Shown one piece after another: positions 13,034 through 24,871 of a DNA stretch of 64,000 bases (its first letter is position 1; each line of letters opens with the position of its first letter). The notes under the pieces are model-generated. The model ran no database searches. It had not been told where the DNA came from and was given only the letters and a program-made list of their open reading frames with translations. Source of the stretch: Curvularia clavata (taxonomy: Eukaryota); the NCBI GenBank assembly GCA_023920165.1, contig CP089278.1:310001-374000 (forward strand), written 5' to 3'. A program made the position numbers and the translations under genes.

Positions 13034-14871
13034 ATGCCTCTCCGCGCCGAACGGCCTATAGTGCGTGTCGAGCCCAGCTCCATGCGCACTATCGAAACCA
13101 GCAGCACCGAGAACCTGTTTGGCCTCTGGTCTGGTAAGTCAACACCACATGGAAAAGGACGGAACAAACATGGCTGCAAGCCGCGGCTTCATGTGCTGCC
13201 AAAAGCACATGCAACTCCCACCATGACCATCACAAACACCTGCTAACGTCATGCATAGTCTTCGCACGATGCTCGCCCGCCATGGAAGACGGCAAGCGCT
13301 ACGAGAACATGGCCTGGCGGCTGTGGTCCCGCGAGACCTTCTGCTGCCAGCCCACCCCAGCCGCAGCTCCTCGCTGGTCGCTGCCACGGCGCCTGTCGAG
13401 CAACGCCCCAGACGTGCCTGAGCTGTCGACCAGTGTCGCTTCAGACGAGTCCAATCTCGACAGTGCCATCACCACGGCCTCCCGCTCCGACCTCTCGGCT
13501 TCCCGCCCAGACCTTCGCCGCCACGACTCTGCCACCAGCCAGGCCCGCGGCAAGCACATGACACCCATTGGCCTGGAAAAGGTCGTCAACTCGATACAAG
13601 AGAAGAAGTTCCTCGAACCACTCTCGCCCCTCCCGGCCGAGCTCGCCCCTCGTCCATCCGAGCCCAAGCCCGTACAAGAAGCCGCGCCTCGCAGCGCCAC
13701 TCCCCCATCACACGCCCGCCCCATTCCTGAAGCCTCGACATCGACCGTCGCCACCAGCGTCGGCTGCGATATCATGAGCCCTGCAGTCGGCTCCGAGGCC
13801 AGCACATCGACCGACGTGAGCGAGCACAGCGTCGTCCGCGGTTTCGAGCCTGGCCACATCTCCACATCGATACGATCGAGCACCAACCTCAACCCCACTC
13901 CCATCCTCAAGAAGACATCGAGCTTCCTCTCCAAGCCCCTCCCCGCAAAGGCTGACAACAGCAAGAAGAGGCAGCCCATGTTCACGCTCGGCGGTTCATC
14001 CGAGGAAGAGAACTGCAGCTCCTTTGAGGCCTACTCAATGGCCCAGCGCAGCTCCCTCACCGAGAACCTCCGCAGGGCGGCTGCACCGATGCGCAAGACA
14101 ACCTCATTCAAGACCGAAGTCAGCACCCGCACCTTCCAGGACGCCACGTCGGAGAGCGAGGCTGCCATTGAGACTGACAGCGAGGACGACATTGACGAGA
14201 GCGCCATCGAAGAGGAGGATTCCGACGACGACGACTGGGAGGATGACGACAACGAAGAGAGCGGCCCTCCCAGCGTTGCCGACCGTCCTCTGTTCCAGCG
14301 CGTCGACTCCAAGCCCAACCTCACCTCGCGCCGATCACTCCTCACTTCTGCCCTCCACCAGGACGACCGCGCATTAGCTCTACAGAACGCTGCATCGCGC
14401 TCCTCGCCTGCTATCCGTCGCTCCCGCACCTCGACACCCAACGGCCCGTCTACCGGCAACTCGCCTCAGGAAGACAGCGGCCTCATGATGATGCGATCGC
14501 AAGCCTCTCGCCCCAAGCCCATTATCATGACCACATCCAACGTGCATCCGCCTGCCATGTCTCCCAAGACGACCAGACGCAACATGCTGACGTCGGAGCT
14601 TACCGGCAGCCTTCGACAGAACCTTTTGTGGGAGAGACAGCAGAAGAATGCTACTACCAACGCAGTAGCCAAGCGCCAACAGAGCGCAGCTAACCTGCCC
14701 GCCCTTCGCCGAGCTATGACCACCGGCGATGTCAAGGGCCTCAACAACAACGAACAACAACAACAACAAGCCGCCAAAACTGGCGCCTTCAAGGACGACA
14801 GCAAGCCCAGCAGCACGTACAACCAGTTTTTCGACTCTGGACTTGGCGACTACCACAAGTCGGGCTGGTAG
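13034..14871 (+). CDS. Mks1-like regulator (N-terminal DUF1752 motif, C-terminal DUF3295)
   Basis: Exons 13034-13133 and 13259-14871 (intron GTAAGT..GCTAAC..TAG). Shows ENLFGLWSVFARCSPAMEDGKRYENMAWRLW (DUF1752 'ENxxWR' motif), an acidic tract, and SPKTTRRNMLTSELTGSLRQNLLWERQQK...DYHKSGW typical of DUF3295. Confidence 0.85.
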
Positions 14872-17800
14872 TGTAGCATCATCACTTTTTTGTTTTGCTT
14901 TTTAACGTTTGCACTTCTAGCGGCATCTATGGTTTGGCATTGAACCAGGGCGTTTTGTGTGTGTAGTTCTTTTTAGTCCTTGTTTCTTTTTTCTTTTCAT
15001 CACATATTTGTTTTGCTCACTTCATTTGTTTGGCGGGCCGCCAGTCGCCTAGGCTGGGGCGGCCAGCTGATCTGGGGTAATGTTCCAACCCAAAAACATC
15101 AGATACCATTCAGGGCTTTGAGTCAGCCCGACGAGGCTACGAATTTCTTTGCTGCAGTTGTTGTGTTTGGACACGGGGAGGATGCGTCTTCTGCGTGGAA
15201 GATGGGTCATGGCTCACGCCTATTCTAGTCTGTACTATCACCTGCACCTGTACTTTTATCGGGGCTCCTTGTCGGAGCCAGTATACCCTGGAATGGGACG
15301 GCTTCGCGGAGCTGCCCGATCATGGCAATATCTCGCATGAAAGATAGCAGGTATTTGGCCTAGGTACTTAATGACAAAAAGCGGATTCTTATCTTATTAC
15401 TACAAAACCAACCCGTTTCCTCGTATGCTTGGTGTGAAGGTGACAATGGCTGACGAGAAGCAGCAGCAGCAGCACCCCCCCTCTCTCTCTCTGCCCCTAA
15501 TTGTCAGGTGTTCCGGGACTCGAGGTCCCAACAAGACACATGTTCGAGTCGAAGCCGTCTGTTTGGCAGGCGTCTTTACCGCTCTTCCGAATCATGGCTC
15601 AGATCAGACGAGCGCTTATGCACGCTTTGATGTAGGTCTGCTGCGGCGCTGGATAGCACCACCCCCCATGGCGTAACCCCCAAGGCCATGACTGTACGCT
15701 TTGTGCATTACACACGTCTGCTCGTGGCCTGGCAGAGGAGCAGAGCACGTTCTGCGTGTCACCATGGGTATGACGAAAGCCGGACCATGTCGCCAGGAAA
15801 AAGAGACGCCTCGCTGCCGTGTTTCTGGTCGGGCCGGCTTCCTGTCCAGTGCGGTCAAGACGAGTGCGTGCTCTGGCATGTGCTGCAACGACTGCAACTT
15901 TATCGCCGCGAAGGCCAGAAGAGGGCATGCGGCCGGCCAGGCAGACGGTGTTTGATGAAACCGCGACCGCCGTCGACATGGTACTATGTAAGCATTGTTT
16001 TGGCGTGCGTCGTGGGATCGACGGGCGAGACTCGACTGCTGCAGCTGCTGCTCAGCCTTATGGCGCAGGCGACAGAGCCGAAGCCTGACTCACTACCCAC
16101 AGCTTTCCTCTGTCCATGACACTGCCATGTCCAAGCTCTCCCCATCACGACGCGGCAGCTTTTTGGCTCCAGTGCATAATGACACGCATCCATCGATGAC
16201 AAGCATCCCACACACACATATTACCATACACATACAAGTACACACAAATACACAAACAACGTCATGCTTGCAACCGAGTCCCACGCGCCCTGCCTACCGA
16301 CCTGCCTATCCTCATTGCCTCCCCCACCCCCCTCCCTTCATCCACTGCCGTCCCGTCTGCCTACGCAAGCCTCAGCAGCTGACTGCGGATAAACCGTCTC
16401 GCCAATCTCCTCTGGTCCACACAATGAGCTCAGCATCCAAGGACACCACGCTGCCCCCGGTTCGCGCGGCCTCACCTTAGCGGGCACACGCAGCCCGCCC
16501 GCATTGTTGACCCTCATCCTCTCCAGGGCGTTTGATCATCTGGCTGCTAAAAAAACAACCAGCTCGTTGCATTGGTCGCCGGGGATGCTCTATCAGGCAC
16601 CCGCAGCGCTACCCCGCGGCAACCAAGTCGGTCTGGAGGTTGATGCGTTGGCAGGTTAGCGCCTGCGAGTGGTCATCTGGAGCCATCCTGGACGAGTTAT
16701 CGACAAGATGATTCAGCCTCATGTACAAGGCCCTCCCGCCACAAAAGTCCCTCCCTGGCCTATACTGCTGTCCTAACTCGGTCGTGACGCTGATCGTCGC
16801 TGAGCTGCACAATCACCTGGGACCGGCCCTCTCCGCACTTTTATTTGTCGCTCCCGTGGGGGGGCTTGCACCGTCACATGAACTTCTCCCCTCCCGTTGC
16901 ACATGTCCAATCCTTCATCAACAAAGCTGCTATTCCCTTTGGTGACTTGCCTCGTATGCTAACGCCGCTGGCTGCCGATCTGGCGTCTGCCCTACGTATC
17001 GAGTGCGCGTTCCCATTGCCTTGACAAAAGTGCGAGATAATCAACTGCCACCATGCGGCAAAGCAATACTCCACAAGATGCACCGTCAACACCACCGTCG
17101 GCATGGCCCTGCTCAAGCGTCGTGGCCGCGGAACCATCCCCCATTGCTTGAACGTTGAGTACGACACTCGACGCCGCCATTCCGTCAATACATCCCGCAT
17201 TACACAGCTTACGACCCATTACTCACAACCGGCCATTCCTTCTCCTCAAGGATAACGCATTCTGTCAGTAGCTCAAGCCACACGTCTCATATACACTTAC
17301 CGCTCCTGTTGACAGTGCCGTCAACCACATCCGGATGAGCAAGACAAGGTGCCGGGATGTAGTAAACTCTCCGCAGCCCGCCCCACCCCCTCATCGGCGC
17401 TGACGCCGTTGTTCGCCAGCATCAACGTTTAGACCCATCGCCTCATTTATCAAATAAGTCAGCCTACTTGGCGCCGTTTAATTATCTTCCGTTGACAGGC
17501 AGCCCAAGCCACGACTATGCCGCGCTTGACCAATGCCATACCCCTATGCATTCCACTGCAACAAAGTACCTCCAGGTTGGTAACCACTTGGTCTTTCCGT
17601 GTATACATATACTATCATCAACCACCATTTGGCCAAGTCGAATCTGCCTCGCTTACCGGAATTTCAATCTTAGAATACGTCAACCACGCCAGACCATCTA
17701 ACGCTTCATGGCTTGGAGCACATGGCCATGAAATGCCCCTGACGTAGCCTACACTAGGAGTGCCCACTGCCGTTTTTTACGTCATCTCTAGCTCGAGACA

Positions 17801-20800
17801 GTAAGTTGATCAAGGCAATATTCTAGCTTAGCTTCATCACTTGAAGGGTCAGTGGACGTGACTTGGTTTGACAGCATGTCTAACATCAAGCGCCGTCTTG
17901 CCTTGACACATCATATGTGGACCTTTTCATCGCGATCGCACGTCCTCTTTTAGGCGGATGAGCATCGCATTCTTCCCATGGGCGATCGCCAAAAGAGTAT
18001 GATGTAGAAGCAGGTCAGAGACACGCCGGCCAGAAAACACTGGGTTACTAAGGAATTTAATATTTCTTTTGCTTTTCTGTAGGAGCGGGAACAAGCATGT
18101 GCATGCTACGATGGGACTCCACTTGGCTGGACAGATCTGTGCCAAGACCAGGTCATAGCCCTACAAGGTCCAGATGTCTACGGAGTATATACATAGCTCA
18201 TGGCATACGTCATTCGACCTCCCAGCCTCCATGGCATGTCCAGATACAGGCCCGCGCAAGTGTGCAATTTGCAGCCGTTATCCACAACCTCAGCAGCGCT
18301 CAAAAAAAAAAGTCCGAGGTAGCATGCCGAGGCACATGTGTTCATGAACTCATCTCCCCTTCCCGTAGTACAAGGAGTCAGAGATTCGAGAAGAAGCCGG
18401 GATAAGGCTGTAACTCGATACCTAGGTCGGAGGGATTTCCGGCTGTTTTCCGCCAATGCCGGGTTGCGCCCCAATGCACTACTCCAAAAGGTTCCCCATG
18501 GGTTATCAAAGGGTCCGTTTTCGCATTACACTCCCAAATCTGTGTTTCCTTCCGATATCTACATAGATCATGGGCAGCTAATCGCGATTCCGGGGCTTGA
18601 TGGTGCTGGTGATGGTGGTGTGCACCTGACTCGGGGGGGCCAGGTATGTCACGCTGACCCAGAGCTTGCAAAAAAGAGATACTTGTGTATAGCAGAGGGA
18701 GATCGACGTCCAGCGAGCGCGCAGCAACCCGTAGAAAGCCTAAATGGGACATTTGAGTATGGAACCTTTCAGCAGCCATGGTTGCGAATTGGACGGCTTC
18801 CTATTTCCGTGGTTATGCGAACAAATTGGGGCCTGTTCTCCATCTCTTACACAGGTCGAGTCTGCTGTTGGTACACCCCGGTACACTAACTAACACAAGA
18901 GCACGAACCATGGAATGGAAGCGCTTCCCCGGACTTCGGGCCTATACACGTAGTGGCCATGCCATGACGGAACAGGCCCCTCCCTAACAACAAGAAGATT
19001 AGAACGGGTTCTTTTTGGTAGGCATACTGTAAGATGTTGTATTTTTCCGCTAGATGGTTTTATTACCGTCCCCTGGACTCTTTGGTCGAGACAGTAGGTA
19101 CCTGAAAAGATGGCAAGGTCAGCTGCCTGCTCGTGGACGTAGATTGGACGCGCCGGTGCTTCTTCGCTACCACTCTACGACGTATGCCCTGCCCTGCTCT
19201 GTCCTCAGCTCAGTCTTACTCATACATACTAGACAGCCACAAGATTCCCAGCGCTTGTCTCTCCGTTCAAGCATCGGGCTTGGTATAGCCAGTAAATGGT
19301 CCGGCGATGAAGGCACTGAGGTAGCTGCAATGCGAACCAGGCAACGCACCCCCACCTTGCCAGCCGGCCATGTTCCTGTTGAAGCCTCTGCCTGGCACAT
19401 GCCCGAAGAGATGAATGACTCGCAGAACTTGGTCTTTTGTGTTTGGGCAAGCTATCCTACGTGCGTAAGGAAGTTGTAACCGTTACACCTTTTTCAACCC
19501 ACGAGCAAGGGGTGCTTCGGATAAGAGGTTTGGGTGCGCGGTCCGACCTGCTCGGTTTATGAGGTGGCCCTTGTCGTTTATCCACGGGTTTCCTAGTCCC
19601 CCACGTGTCAAGAATGTCCCAAGGTGACGCCGAAGGAAACCCTGACGATCTTGGGGACATCGGTGACAGCGCCGTTCCAAGTTTTCTTTTTTGGCGGCTG
19701 CTAGACCGAGTTTCTGTCTGTTCAAATCGTGTGTCTCGGAACGTTGATTAGCTTCCCCACTGGCAGCTTTTCGTTACCCCGCAAAAGGGTTTGCTAAGCA
19801 AAACAAACTAGGAAACTTCCGACTGGGCTTGTGAACCAAGGTAAAAAGAAAAGAAAGTTTTAACAACAGAAAAACCTAGCATGTCAGGTGTTGCTGACAA
19901 GGGGCTGCGGAACCAGTGGTTACGGTTCCCCAGACGGGCAAAACCCTGGATGTTGAGGATTTGTCGAGACGACAAGGGGGCAAACCCCCGTGGTCCCTCC
20001 CTATCCACACCAGCCAAAACCCCTCCATGGATCTTCGCGGCTTGGATCTCACATCTCAATAATATCCACCGGGACTGTCGTCATCTCGTCCAAGTTCCAT
20101 AATTTCTGCTTGAAATTGCCGGTGTACGTGGGTTCTGGTCCACAAAAAGACACAATCACGGGGACTCCGCACGCAACGAGACGATCTTTTCTGGGGTTTG
20201 AACTCATTTGCTCGTGACGAGCTGAGAGCGCCGATGATGACGTACATTCTGGAGCATGCAGGTACGCAAAGCCCAGTTGCCGATCTATAGATTACCGAAA
20301 GCGGCAATCCGGATAAATTCTCCACTCTCACGCAGCCTTGCTCTTGAACACTTGCATAAACGGTGGGAGAATAGGCCCTCTGGTCGGAGATAGGGTGTTG
20401 ACAGGGTGCTGACGATTTCGCTACACCGATAACGTCGCTGCAGGCTCAGACTCAAGAAGCTGCAGGCTCATCGTGTTGAGAGCAGATGTGGTGGTCCCAC
20501 ATCCTCGACCTGATGATGGATTTCGGCTATCCCCATTCATTTGCCGAATGACCCCAGCAACCTACCTTGGCGTGCGTTCGTGATGCGGATCATACCATCA
20601 CACGCCACCATCTACGGCTGACTAGATGCAGGCTTACACCACACATGTGTACGTCGTTTGCTGTATGTAATGCTTTCGTTACTCTTTCATACATCAAAAG
20701 CACATCGGCTGGCAACGGTATTGCGTTCGCTAAGACCAAGGCTCTTGAACAATCCTTGAACCTATCATACCCGAATTGGGCATTCGCAACGGACCGGGTC

Positions 20801-22167
20801 TTCCCAAAATGGAAAATCCAAAAGAGTATTGAACACGCACTCCTGCAGGGTTACTTACTCTACATGACGGGCTTGATTGTGCGCCACCTATTCACCTCCG
20901 TGGCAGATTTGCTATTGCAATACGAGAGCCTTCACATCAACATCATCACTCCATCATGCAAAGTGTCAAACAAGATGACGAAAAGATATTTTTTTTGTTG
21001 GGAACTATGTTTACGATAACGTTGGTAAGAACGCCACGGGCTTGTGGGCTGCTTCGGGTGGCTTGCAACCAAACGAACACATGCAAGCGACTAGCTAGCC
21101 GAGCTCAGCCGATGTAGGTGTGTGTGGGGCAGGAAAATTACGCAGCCCGTTGGGGCTGACGCCAGGTATTGAGAGGTACGTACCTCCGATGCGATGCTAC
21201 CCAAACCCGCAAACATGTGAGCATTGAACTTTTTTTCCTTTCTTTAATCCGTGCGGATTCTCCGACTATTGGGCCAATGCTTTGATTTCCCCCCGTTGGA
21301 ATATCAGACTATTGGCTCCTTCCCGCTGCCAAAAAAGCTACTAGGATCCAGGTCATTGTTGTCGAAAAAAAGAGAGAAAACTCCACTTGGTTCGCAAATC
21401 AAGCAATCCTTCTCACATGTCTACATACTACAAGAAAACACCGCGCACGAGAATGACCTCGAGGCATCCGTGAATCTCCGATACTGTCCCCACCAATTCT
21501 CGCATCTACCCGCAATCTAACTATATATTCTTCCTTCTAGACCGTTCACATGTGAGCTGGACAAAAAAGCCGACCCACAACAACAAGGGCGCAAGAAAAA
21601 AATGGGACACCACTCGGTTCTCTATTGAATCTGAGAGTTGCTGCCTAAAAGAGCCTCGAGCGTGTGCTTTTTCACCGCCACGCAATTGCGGTTTCGAGCT
21701 TGCGGGGGGGAGGGAAGGGAAACGCACGCATTGCTAGCGTATTACTCTACTGGGCTAAAACGGGGGTTCGGAGGTTTAGCTTTGTAGTTTTTCCAGACCA
21801 AGGTCGCCAGAGAGAAAAATGTCGGAGGTTAAGCACCCGCCTCCCCCCCCCTCGCACTTTCTGAGCGAAGCGATACGACCAATGCCGATGGTGTCGAATT
21901 CGCTTAGGCGTTCGGCGCGCGTGGGCATGACATGGGGGTGGGAATAATGGGGCCTAAACCAACCAAGAAGCTATCTCTCTCTCTCGTTTTTTACTTTACC
22001 GGCCGGTAAAGGTAAGGCCTAGCCATTCTTATCACTTTGGTAGTATCAGACCACACACACAGAAACAGAAACAAAAAAACTTCCCGAGATTTCTTGCGAA
22101 ACCTTGTTTTCGGTGGTGTTCGCTGGAAAATGAGCGCATGCGAGTGTTCCTGCAGCACCGGTGTGAT

Positions 22168-22195
22168 ATGGCATGGCATGGCATGGCATGGCATA
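22168..22195. repeat. (TGGCA)n pentanucleotide repeat
   Basis: atggcatggcatggcatggcatggcata. Confidence 0.85.
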
Positions 22196-24871
22196 GTGAC
22201 CTAATCTTTTTTTTTCTCCGGTTCGAGACGTCAAAGAACTAATGTTGGCTTTAGAAGACTACACTGACTATCTTGTTGGTGTGGATAATGCTTGTCTCCA
22301 CAGACTTGATTGAATCGGGGGTTCCGCTAAGTTTCCTGTCCGTTCACGCTTCTACGGCCACAGGTGTAACGCGTGCGTACGTATTTCGTCAATTGCGAAA
22401 AGCCCATATCGGTCCCAGTTCCATTGTCCCCATCGCCTTGACTAAACAACGAAACCCAATTGGCTTTCTCCATCCCCCATAATAGGCATTTTACGTACAC
22501 CTCTCTAAGACTCCATTACTCCACGCCAACCTCCCTGCTACTCTCCTCTCAAGTGGCAAACCACATCAACGCCCCCCGCCCGACGCATCATCCTTCTAGC
22601 CTTTTTCCATGCCAATCTTCGTACACAGATCCATCTCAACAAAATCGCCCGTCTAGAAGCCTTCTCCCGCTAGCCAACATGGCGTGGCGTTGAATGTGGG
22701 TTCTTAACCATGCTACGCCATGCCATGCCACGCCTTATGTCCATGTTTACGACGTGGAGACACCGGACCTGACTGAGGCTCTGCGGGTAAGCACCGGAGG
22801 TTATGTGGGTCCTTCCTTTCTATCTCACTTACTTGCTAACTATCCTCTGGGTGGATGAGTGGTTTGCTAAGTGGAGACCTTTTTCGCTCAACGGATTTCG
22901 TTACGCTACGGACGCTGTTTTGTATTGAATTTTTTTTCTGCCACGGTAATCTTTTTCTTTTGCTTGCACCGTGCTTGAAGGGAGTGTGCGTTGGGTATGT
23001 GCATAGGTGGAGATATGACTAGGGAGCACGGTTGTGCGCCGCTGCCGCGGAAGGGGAGAGCAGGCGGGTGGATGTCATTGTGACGATGGCGGTGGGAAGG
23101 AAGGATGGACGGAAGGAGTGGGTGGGGAGATAACGCACGCACGGGTGTGAGGTGTTGGCACTTTTGATGATGATTGTGCTTGCATGGGTGGAGATGGAAG
23201 TGTTGGTGGTGTTGGGTGGGTTTGCGTTTCTCCACTGGTGACGAGTTGTGTATGTGATTATGTTGTGCGTGATAGACCAATGCGGACAAGGGTTGGCTTG
23301 ATAGTCGAGTAAGACAGTTCAAGAATGGGAACTGTGAGAGGTAGGTGAGTTGTCTAGCTAGTGCGTACGTCTCCATACTATGGGCATGCCGACGACAGCT
23401 ACAGTGAACTACTTTGAGCCTTACAGTAGGCTCACAGGCTGAGGCTAGCTTGCGATGTGCTTTCTTCGCTGAACGGGTACAATACCCCTAGACCGATCTC
23501 TGATACTAGAATATGTACATGCTACTGAACCCTGTTATCTTCCAACAAGCAGGACAGTGAACTCATAATGCCCATCCCTATCAGTACCCGCTATGCTTCA
23601 TAAGTGCAGCGCTCAGCAATTAGTATCCCACAGTACTCCAATGCACTCAAACATCGACACGTGGTCGAGGTAAATGTGCGAGAAAACTTCCTTTTTCATG
23701 TATATTACACAACGTTCCAGTGACATGTCGCTCTTACAAGCGGGAAAAAGCAAAGGATCCATTATATTCCACCGATGGCTGTCCACCTCTAATAATCCTC
23801 GCACCCATCCATAACCAAAGCACATAGAAAGAGTGATGAGAGGTGTAATAAGGGAGATATATACGGCATACGTGCCCTGTTCCAACAAATCTGAGCAATA
23901 TGCGTACGTATGCCTAACAAAAGAAAGTACGTAGAAGGAAAAACAGCCTACTCGTCTCACCCTCAAGATGCTGCGGGCGAAAACAAATATTGGCACGAGA
24001 TATATGGCATACACATTGTGTTGTATTGTACTTTCCTTTCTCAAAATCTGTTGTGGTCGATATTATAATAGGGCAGTGTCGTTTCATATAGAACAAGGCA
24101 TTGCAACACAGAGTCCAGGAATCACAAGCGATGACATAGCCACATACCTACGCTGGCCTTTTTCTGCAGCAGAGTATGTGCTTACGATAACAAACTCATT
24201 GACACCGGCGAGAGTGGACATTATTTGCATGCGTGTAAGATGTCATTTATATCCAACACTCATTCCTCATCGTGATCAGGCTACAAAAGGAAACACGACA
24301 GCGAGATGCCAGGGAGCCTCTCCAAGAGCTCCAAAATAAGAAGTGAAACACGCTTCGTTTTTCTAGAATCCAGAGATGGCGCATAAGATGTCAGTACTGT
24401 CAGGGTTCATACGGACTAGCTAACCATGTACACCATGCTTCTCATCTTATCAAAGGGTATCCTGGTAAAGTATGTCATAGACAAGGAGCCGTTGCTGAGC
24501 AATAGGAACATGCGAATCGATCGAGACAACACTGAAGCAACGCGTTCAACCAATCTACCATGGAAGCTGTCGAGTCAAGTGTCAGTCCTCACTAAGAGCA
24601 AACAGCCACTTGTCTCACAGACACACAAAAAGCATGTAGCTTCACCCATATCCCCGTCAAATCATCAAACATCACCACCAGTCAGCACAGTTAGATTATC
24701 ATTGCAGTCATGTGGGCACCGTAGTGCTTGTATTTCTTTTTTACTTTCAACGCCCGCGGACATGCCGTCGCATAAGCAGTTTCCAACCAACCCTGTTCGC
24801 TGGATTGGTATACCGGACTCCTACACGCAAGCCGTACATCCGGGATGATGCATACGACACAAACGCGGTGT

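Noticed and set aside
12370..13246. Overlapping 150-260 aa ORFs upstream of the Mks1-like gene
   Set aside because: Low-complexity Pro/His/Thr-rich translations of a CA/CT-rich promoter and 5'UTR; only 13034-13133 is a real exon.
18338..18889. 183-aa ORF in the second gene-poor region
   Set aside because: No recognisable motif, weak codon bias and no clear splice structure.
20567..21019. 150-aa ORF
   Set aside because: Non-ATG start, no family resemblance and no supporting signals.
22677..22693. Short ORF ending in NMAWR, echoing the ENMAWR motif of the Mks1-like protein
   Set aside because: Five-residue match inside a GCCAT/ATGGC repeat-like hairpin; most likely coincidence.
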